A stretch of 64,000 nt of DNA. Origin: Candidatus Binatia bacterium. GTDB lineage: Bacteria > Desulfobacterota > Binatia > Bin18. Each line of letters starts with the position of its first letter. The stretch's first letter is position 1. Shown here piece by piece: positions 57,950 to 64,000 of this stretch. Location: the NCBI GenBank assembly GCA_963664395.2, contig OY761159.2, positions 192,001-256,000 on the forward strand. The letters are read 5' to 3'. The notes under the pieces were generated by a model. The model was given only the letters and a program-made list of their open reading frames with translations. It searched no databases and was not told the DNA's origin. Both the position numbers and the translations under genes were made by a program.

Positions 57950-58933
57950 ATGCACGATGTCAAGTTTGGCTTGTTCCTACCCACGGGGGACTTTGCCGCG
58001 GCCAAGCAGGTCGCACTCCGCGCCGAGCACGATGGCTTTTATTCGGTGTCGATTAACGATCACTTTTTTTCTCCGTTGGGCACGCCGCAGGTGCCGCAGT
58101 TGGAGTGCTTTACCACCCTGACCGCGGTTGCCGCCGTGACCGACCGTATCCGCCTGACACCCACGGTCACAGCCGCCTCGTTTCGTCCACCCCCGCTGCT
58201 GGCCAAGATTACGTCCACTCTGGACCAAGTCAGTAATGGGCGGCTGACCCTGGGCTTGGGAGCCGGCTGGCAGCAATCGGAATACGATGCCCACGGCTAT
58301 GCCTATCCTTCCAACGTGGAACGCCTGGCACAAATGGCCGAGGCTATCCAGGTACTCAAAGCCATGTGGACCCAGGCAGAGCCCACGTTTCACGGACAGT
58401 ATTACTCAATCGAGAGGGCCTATAATAATCCACGGCCAGTGCAACAGCCCCGCCCGCCGCTCATGCTGGGCGGCTCTGGTAGCGGCCTGCTCAAAATCGC
58501 TGCGGCCGAAGCCGACATCCTCAATATCATCCCGCCTATTTTTAACGGTAAAGACTTTGTGAACGACCCGGCCGCAACCGTCGCCTTTGACACGGCCCAA
58601 CTCAAACGGCGGATTGGCATGTTCCGCACATATGTCGGCGAGGTCGGCCGCGACCCGCAGCACATTGAGCTGGGGGGCATGGTCATGCTGTGTGTGTCCA
58701 ATACGGCCGAAGATCCCGCGTTTGGCAGAATTGCGTCCCGCCTGGGATTTCCTGATGTTGAAACGGCACGCCGCTCACCGCTGCTCTGTATGGGTACTCC
58801 GGACGAGGTCAGGCGTGATCTCACCACGCGCATTGAAGACCTGGGCCTCACGTATTTCATCCTCATCGCGGCATCTGCGGATACGCAGGCACTCTTCGTC
58901 AAGAATGTCATGCCCGAGTTTGTGTCCCGCTAG
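57950..58933 (+). CDS. LLM-class oxidoreductase (possibly F420-dependent)
   Basis: NDHF, LAK...TLD..S.GRL.LGLGAGW, PVQQPRPP.M.GG.G. Confidence 0.85.
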   Translation: MHDVKFGLFLPTGDFAAAKQVALRAEHDGFYSVSINDHFFSPLGTPQVPQLECFTTLTAVAAVTDRIRLTPTVTAASFRPPPLLAKITSTLDQVSNGRLTLGLGAGWQQSEYDAHGYAYPSNVERLAQMAEAIQVLKAMWTQAEPTFHGQYYSIERAYNNPRPVQQPRPPLMLGGSGSGLLKIAAAEADILNIIPPIFNGKDFVNDPAATVAFDTAQLKRRIGMFRTYVGEVGRDPQHIELGGMVMLCVSNTAEDPAFGRIASRLGFPDVETARRSPLLCMGTPDEVRRDLTTRIEDLGLTYFILIAASADTQALFVKNVMPEFVSR

Positions 58934-58951
58934 AGTGAGGACAGTCCATAC

Positions 58952-59833
58952 ATGGCACACATCGGCACGTTGAATGAACTCCGGGTTGTCAAAGAAACAT
59001 ACAGCGGAGTCTATCTCGACGCGGGAGAACTCGGCGAAATACTACTCCCCCAGCAATATGTTCCCGCTCATTGCCGGACGGGCGAACTCCTGACCGTTTT
59101 TCTCTACACGGATTCCGAGGATCGCCCGATTGCCACCACGGAGTCGCCCCATGCCGTGGTCGGCGACTTTGCCTTGCTCACCGTTGTTGCCGAGACGCCG
59201 GTCGGCGCTTTTCTCGATTGGGGGTTACCCAAGGATCTGCTGGTTCCTTTTCGGGAACAAAACACTCCTATGAAAAAGGGGCGCTCCTATATCGTCAGAG
59301 TATATCTTGATGAGCGGAGTCAGCGTGTCGTCGCCTCGGCAAAACTCGACCGCTTTCTGTCCGATACCTCGGATGATCTTCACGCCGGCCAGGAAGTCGA
59401 TCTCCTCGTCTGCAACTGGACGACGCTTGGGCGCAAGGTCATTATCAATCGCTCGCAGTGGGGCCTGCTGCACTCCGGCGACATCTATCAGCCGCTTCAA
59501 AGAGGGCAACGGCTGACCGGCTTCGTCAAGACCGTGCGAGAGGATATGAAGATTGACGTCTGTCTGCACCAGCCGGGGTATGCAAAAATCCAGGACATAA
59601 GCGCGGCAATCATGGCCGCCCTGGAACAACACGGCGGCCGCATTCCCGTGACTGACAAGAGTACGCCTGAGCATATTAGTCAGTGGTTCGGGGTGAGCAA
59701 GAAGACCTATAAAAAAGCCCTGGGAGCTCTGTATAAGAAAAGATTAGTGACCCTGACGGATACCCATGTCAGTCTGAATCAGAACAGCCCGAATCAGAAC
59801 AGCCCGAATCAGGCCAAAGTCACGCGGCCTTGA
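58952..59833 (+). CDS. CvfB/YitL S1 RNA-binding protein
   Basis: G.YLD, FLYTDSEDR, GAFLDWGL.KDLLVPF.EQ, FGVSKK.YKKALG.LYK. Confidence 0.9.
   Translation: MAHIGTLNELRVVKETYSGVYLDAGELGEILLPQQYVPAHCRTGELLTVFLYTDSEDRPIATTESPHAVVGDFALLTVVAETPVGAFLDWGLPKDLLVPFREQNTPMKKGRSYIVRVYLDERSQRVVASAKLDRFLSDTSDDLHAGQEVDLLVCNWTTLGRKVIINRSQWGLLHSGDIYQPLQRGQRLTGFVKTVREDMKIDVCLHQPGYAKIQDISAAIMAALEQHGGRIPVTDKSTPEHISQWFGVSKKTYKKALGALYKKRLVTLTDTHVSLNQNSPNQNSPNQAKVTRP
59776..59812 (+). repeat. 15-bp tandem repeat (2.5 copies) in the cvfB tail
   Basis: gaatcagaacagccc x2 + gaatcag, encoding NQNSPNQNSPNQ. Confidence 0.9.
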
Positions 59834-60651
59834 GAGCCGCCTAGGCGCTCAATCCGCTTTTGCAGCTTTTCCAGATAGGGTTTGACATCCGGCGCAAAGG
59901 CCTCGTGCTCGGACAGCTTGACAAAATGGGCCATGGCTTTCGGATACTCCGCTTCGACGCCGGCGTGAAATACGAGGTCCAGCCCGTTGTCGGCCAACAG
60001 CTTCTGCTGGGCCTTTTCGTTGGAGAATAATGCAATCTCGGCCACAAAGCAGATATCAGCCAGGGTGATGTTATCACCAACGAGATATTCCCGGTTTGGG
60101 GTCAGCCCCCGGTCAATGCCGGAAAGATATATCCCAAAGGCATCTTTCGCCCTGGCATGAATATCTACCGTGAGGGCGCCAGCCATTAAGGCGAGGAGAT
60201 AAATCTGCGAATCCCGCGCAAAGACCAGACTGGCGTCAAGAAAGCTGTCAATGCGCGTGGCGGAATACGCATCCGTGCCATACACCGGATACGTCTCCTG
60301 CCCCAGACGCCCGACGGCACGCATGATGCTGTTCGATTCAAAAATCCCTGTCTTGCCATCAGGACTGAACGCTGCGGGCACCGTCCCAAACGGGTGCGCT
60401 TCGAGAAAGGCGTCAGTCTTGAACAAACGGCCGGTAAAACCGGCTCGGGCCTGCCGCTCCGTATTCTGAGGGGAAGTCTTTTCTTCTTCGGTCAGCGGGC
60501 GGGCCTCAAAATCCCACAGCCAGTTCTGCAAGTCGGAGCCCGCTCCGCCCCGCACATCAAGGCGGATATTGCACAGGCGGGCCGCAATAGTTGCCTTCCA
60601 AATACGCGGATTGGGCAGATAGGAAAAAATGCGGAGATCAAAGTCTGACAT
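59809..60651 (-). CDS. Glutathione S-transferase-like protein
   Basis: PNPR..KA.IAA, HPFG.VP, IFES.SI, YLVGD.ITLADI. Confidence 0.8.
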   Translation of the reverse strand: MSDFDLRIFSYLPNPRIWKATIAARLCNIRLDVRGGAGSDLQNWLWDFEARPLTEEEKTSPQNTERQARAGFTGRLFKTDAFLEAHPFGTVPAAFSPDGKTGIFESNSIMRAVGRLGQETYPVYGTDAYSATRIDSFLDASLVFARDSQIYLLALMAGALTVDIHARAKDAFGIYLSGIDRGLTPNREYLVGDNITLADICFVAEIALFSNEKAQQKLLADNGLDLVFHAGVEAEYPKAMAHFVKLSEHEAFAPDVKPYLEKLQKRIERLGGSQGRVTLA

Positions 60652-60726
60652 GGTGACTATCCTTTCCAAATACAATACAAGAATATTTCAAGGCTGGGAG
60701 AATAGCAGAAGATCAGCGCAGGGAAC

Positions 60727-61146
60727 ATGACAACACGCACGAATAGAGAAAAACCTGGCTATGGCAACGGCGATGCCTCCTTTCAGGCCGCAGGCGGCGT
60801 GACCGGACTTCGTAAGCTCGTTAATGATTTCTACGATTTAATGGAGCAGCTTCCCAAGGCCAAAGAAATTCGAGACCTGCACCCCGATGATCTCACCCAG
60901 TCCCGAGACAAACTGGCCCGTTTTTTATGTGGCTGGCTCGGCGGGCCGAAGCTCTATCGCGAAAAATACGGCCCAATCAGGATTCCCAGCGCGCACGCCC
61001 ATCTGAACATCGGCAGCAAACAACGCGATGCCTGGCTGGCGTGTATGCACAGGGCGCTGGAGAAGCAGCCCTACGCCGAAAGCTTCAAGGCGTATCTCAT
61101 CGAACAGTTGGCTGTTCCCGCGGAACGGTGTCGGACGCGGGATTAA
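60727..61146 (+). CDS. Group II truncated hemoglobin
   Basis: GG......LV..FY, FL.GWLGGP..Y, AH, RDAWL.CM. Confidence 0.9.
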   Translation: MTTRTNREKPGYGNGDASFQAAGGVTGLRKLVNDFYDLMEQLPKAKEIRDLHPDDLTQSRDKLARFLCGWLGGPKLYREKYGPIRIPSAHAHLNIGSKQRDAWLACMHRALEKQPYAESFKAYLIEQLAVPAERCRTRD

Positions 61147-61463
61147 GCCGTGGAGTCCTCGGCCCAGGGTTGGCCGAGTCGCTCAGCCGCGGCTCGTGGG
61201 GAGTATGGAGACGAGTAGAAACCAACTTTGTAACTTGATTCGACCGCTACGTCGTCACGCTGAAGTTCGACCAGCACCAAGTCGGCAGACGATACATCTT
61301 GCGCTGGCGGGTCGGCATCAGGCGTGGGAGCCTGGTCGGTGTAAAACCGATGGACGCCAATATCCAAAGGCCACTGGATACTCTCGAAAGGCCGATCATA
61401 GGCAGGCTTTCCGCCTACGGCAATCAATCGATTGTCCTGCCGTACAAACCACACTTTTGCCAT
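61143..61463 (-). CDS. Hypothetical protein
   Basis: 106-aa ORF 14 bp downstream of the peptidase gene, same strand. Confidence 0.6.
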   Translation of the reverse strand: MAKVWFVRQDNRLIAVGGKPAYDRPFESIQWPLDIGVHRFYTDQAPTPDADPPAQDVSSADLVLVELQRDDVAVESSYKVGFYSSPYSPRAAAERLGQPWAEDSTA

Positions 61464-61477
61464 GGGTTCATCTTTCC

Positions 61478-62659
61478 TTATTTCAGAATGGGGACCACTT
61501 CCGTTTGGACCGGATCGCCGGTCACAATCGCTTCGTCCTGTGTGACATAGACGTCAACCTCACTGCGGACCCCAAAGTCTCCAGCCAGATAAATCCCAGG
61601 CTCGACTGAGAAGCAGGTATGGGGAAGTACACGGCGCGTATCCCGTGTTTCCACACCATCCATGTTCGCGCCATTGCCGTGGACTTCCTGACCAATAGAG
61701 TGCCCGGTTCGATGAAAAAACCGGTCGCCATAACCCGCAGCGGCAATAACGGTTCGTGATGCAGCATCAACCTCATGGCCAAAAAACGTCTGGCCACCTG
61801 CCACGCGCTCTTTCACAAAGGCTACAGCAGCGTCACGAGCGTCACGCACCAGATGAAAGATCGTCTGATACCGCTCGGGGACGACCTTTCCCATAAAGCC
61901 GGTCCAGGTGATATCGGCATACACTCCGTCCGGTTCTTTGGCCCAGAGGTCAATCAGCACAAAGTCGCCGGGCCGAATCAGCGCCGTCTGTTCAGCCGTT
62001 GGTGTATAGTGCGGGTCCGCGCTATGGGCGTTGGCCGCCACAACAGGCGGATGGTAGGTAGTCAGCCCAGATTGGGCAAAACGGTCCAGGATGAATTGTT
62101 GCACCTGATATTCAGACAGCGGCGTATTATCTCTCAAATAGCCAAAGGCGGCGTCAACAGTCTCACGGACCACTGTGGCCGCCCGGAGATGACTGTGCCA
62201 TTGCTCTCGGGTCCAGACTGCTTCAAAACGCTGGACCAGGTCGGCAGACGAGACAACCTCAACCCCGAGCTGACGGATTGTTTCAATCGTGCCGGCGTCA
62301 ACGCGCGAGATGTATGGGATGGCATTCCCAGGCGAATACTGCATGGCAATGCGCCGCCTGTTGCGCAGAATCTCGGCTAACCGGTCATCGTGCTGCTGCC
62401 AGGTGAAAAACCGCAGCTTTTGTCCGGGGAGGCTATCGAGACGATACGGCTCAATGGTGGAGACGAGGCCCAGTGGCGCTCCATCAGCCGGAATGAAGTA
62501 GTACCAGCGCCGGGTCGATATCTCAGTTGAATCGAGCCCGAGAATCCGGTAGGCGAGTGGATCACTCCCCCGAAAATCATAAAACAGCCAGCCGTCAAGC
62601 GACTCGTTTTGCTCATTTTGTAGTGCGCGCTGGATTTCGCGCAAGCGGTCTTCGTCCAT
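61478..62659 (-). CDS. M24 family (Xaa-Pro) aminopeptidase
   Basis: DPHY, IDLWAK, YADITW, HRTGHSIG..VH, SVEPGIY, GVRSE. Confidence 0.9.
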   Translation of the reverse strand: MDEDRLREIQRALQNEQNESLDGWLFYDFRGSDPLAYRILGLDSTEISTRRWYYFIPADGAPLGLVSTIEPYRLDSLPGQKLRFFTWQQHDDRLAEILRNRRRIAMQYSPGNAIPYISRVDAGTIETIRQLGVEVVSSADLVQRFEAVWTREQWHSHLRAATVVRETVDAAFGYLRDNTPLSEYQVQQFILDRFAQSGLTTYHPPVVAANAHSADPHYTPTAEQTALIRPGDFVLIDLWAKEPDGVYADITWTGFMGKVVPERYQTIFHLVRDARDAAVAFVKERVAGGQTFFGHEVDAASRTVIAAAGYGDRFFHRTGHSIGQEVHGNGANMDGVETRDTRRVLPHTCFSVEPGIYLAGDFGVRSEVDVYVTQDEAIVTGDPVQTEVVPILK

Positions 62660-62736
62660 ATAGTCCTCGCATACGGCCTTCGCTTGAGTTGCGGCCCATC
62701 TGACGAGATGGTAATACTAGCCCCTGGAGGTTAAGA

Positions 62737-63009
62737 ATGAAAGAAGGAATTCATCCGGAAGCATACCAAGACGTAGTCTTTCAGGATACATCGGCTGACT
62801 TCGCCTTCCTCACCCGGGCGTGTATCAAGACGACCGAAACGATTGAATGGGAAGATGGGAAGACCTATCCGCTGTATAAACTCGATATTTCGAGCGCGTC
62901 CCATCCGTTCTATACAGGGAAACAGCGCATTGTTGATACGGCAGGGCGAGTCGAGCGCTTCCGCCGGAGATATGGGGTGCAAGACACGGAGCCGAAAGAA
63001 GAAGCATAG
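62737..63009 (+). CDS. rpmE2: 50S ribosomal protein L31, type B (Zn-independent)
   Basis: [35 protein letters not shown]; no CxxC. Confidence 0.93.
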   Translation: MKEGIHPEAYQDVVFQDTSADFAFLTRACIKTTETIEWEDGKTYPLYKLDISSASHPFYTGKQRIVDTAGRVERFRRRYGVQDTEPKEEA

Positions 63010-63058
63010 CAAACGCACGCTCTGCGTCGGACAGGCGAAGAGCAGAACAGCGTGTCCA

Positions 63059-63085
63059 GGGGCGGTATAAAACCGCCCCTTATTG
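63059..63085 (+). terminator. Hairpin between rpmE2 and prfA
   Basis: ggggcggt-ataaa-accgcccc followed by ttattg. Confidence 0.55.
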
Positions 63086-63120
63086 TATTCATTTCCCCCT
63101 GGTGTTCCCCGGTTGCTATT

Positions 63121-64000
63121 ATGAGTGAACCAGTTGCGTTGCGCGAAAAACTCTCTGAGGTTGAGAAGCGCTACGAAGAAGTTGAAAGCACGTTGGGTCG
63201 TCCCGAGGTCGCCAGTGATGTCAAAGAATATGCAAAACTGGCAAAGGAGCACGCTTCACTGGAAGAAGTCGTTGCCTGTTTTCGGGAATGGCGTAAGGTC
63301 CATGAGGATCTCGAAGGCAGTCAAGCCTTGCTTGATGACTTCGACCCGGATGTGCGCGAACTTGCGCAAGAAGAGATCCGGGACCTGAGCCCACGTGCGA
63401 CAGCGCTTGAAGACAAGCTGCATCTCCTATTGATCCCCAAAGACCCGCTTGACAGGAAAAACGTGATCCTTGAAATCCGGGCCGGCACGGGAGGCGACGA
63501 GGCCAGTTTGTTTGCGGCGGATTTGTTTCGGATGTATTCCCATTATGCCGAACAGCGCAACTGGCATATGGAGGTGCTGAGTTCGAGCCCAACCGGCCTG
63601 GGCGGCTTCAAGGAAATTATCAGCATGGTCAATGGCAAGAATGCGTACAGCCGTCTCAAATTCGAGGGCGGGGTACACCGTGTGCAGCGTGTTCCCGAGA
63701 CGGAAGCATCCGGCCGGATTCATACCTCAGCGGTTACGGTTGCCGTCCTGCCTGAAGCCGACGAGGTCGATATCGCCATTGACGAAAAAGAACTCCGGAT
63801 CGACGTTTTTCGGTCTTCCGGTCCGGGCGGACAAAGTGTGAATACCACGGATTCAGCCGTCCGTATTACCCATCTGCCAACCCACCTCGTCGTCACCTGC
63901 CAGGATGAAAAATCGCAGCACAAAAATAAAGCCAAGGCGCTGAAAATTTTACGGTCTCGACTCCTTGAGCGGGCCCAAGAGGAACAACATGCCGAAATCA
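63121..64000 (+). CDS. prfA: Peptide chain release factor 1 (runs off the window edge)
   Basis: Manual translation [11 protein letters not shown]...[11 protein letters not shown]...[16 protein letters not shown]...SGPGGQSVN; PxT and GGQ motifs; follows rpmE. Confidence 0.96.
   Translation, partial: MSEPVALREKLSEVEKRYEEVESTLGRPEVASDVKEYAKLAKEHASLEEVVACFREWRKVHEDLEGSQALLDDFDPDVRELAQEEIRDLSPRATALEDKLHLLLIPKDPLDRKNVILEIRAGTGGDEASLFAADLFRMYSHYAEQRNWHMEVLSSSPTGLGGFKEIISMVNGKNAYSRLKFEGGVHRVQRVPETEASGRIHTSAVTVAVLPEADEVDIAIDEKELRIDVFRSSGPGGQSVNTTDSAVRITHLPTHLVVTCQDEKSQHKNKAKALKILRSRLLERAQEEQHAEI

Noticed and set aside
1-64000. CRISPR array, tRNA, rRNA, transposase or integrase
   Set aside because: No regularly spaced repeats, cloverleaf or rRNA signatures, DDE or tyrosine/serine recombinase motifs were seen by eye.

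Overview
Chromosomal window from a moderately GC-rich bacterium. Gene content and order (aroE-pilC-pilA, recO-ppdK, many luciferase-like monooxygenases, CoA-transferases, TPR and toxin-antitoxin genes) suggest a Deltaproteobacteria/Binatota-like organism; this is inference, not a taxonomic assignment. Both ends are housekeeping: thiL-dnaJ-dnaK-grpE, recO, ppdK, aroE, pilC/pilA, hslO, ribB(X), hpnD, dxr and amtB on the left, rpmE2-prfA on the right. The middle (about 19.8-62 kb) is a mosaic of catabolic genes with two defence-like islands. Island 1 (25.6-30.7 kb) holds a single-chain restriction-modification enzyme, an FRG-domain gene, a TPR gene and a Phd/PIN TA pair. Island 2 (37.6-43.8 kb) is the most striking structure: an integrase-free tandem arrangement A-cargo-B / A'-cargo-B'. 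A is the 3' end of a Na+/solute symporter gene and B is a 64-bp promoter/RBS module. The cargoes are (i) a small coiled-coil gene plus a membrane-anchored DUF4041/T5orf172 nuclease (SNIPE/PD-lambda-1-like) and (ii) a decapitated higBA plus a stand-alone OLD-like ATPase-TOPRIM nuclease. Other points: probable displacement of glyQ-glyS by a homodimeric GlyRS, a stripped type IV pilus locus whose pilin keeps the Geobacter aromatic positions, toxin-tail remnants before two orphan antitoxins, an eroded attC-like site, and several enzymes with altered catalytic motifs. No rRNA, tRNA, CRISPR array, transposase or integrase was seen. All family calls come from motif recognition by eye; no searches were run.
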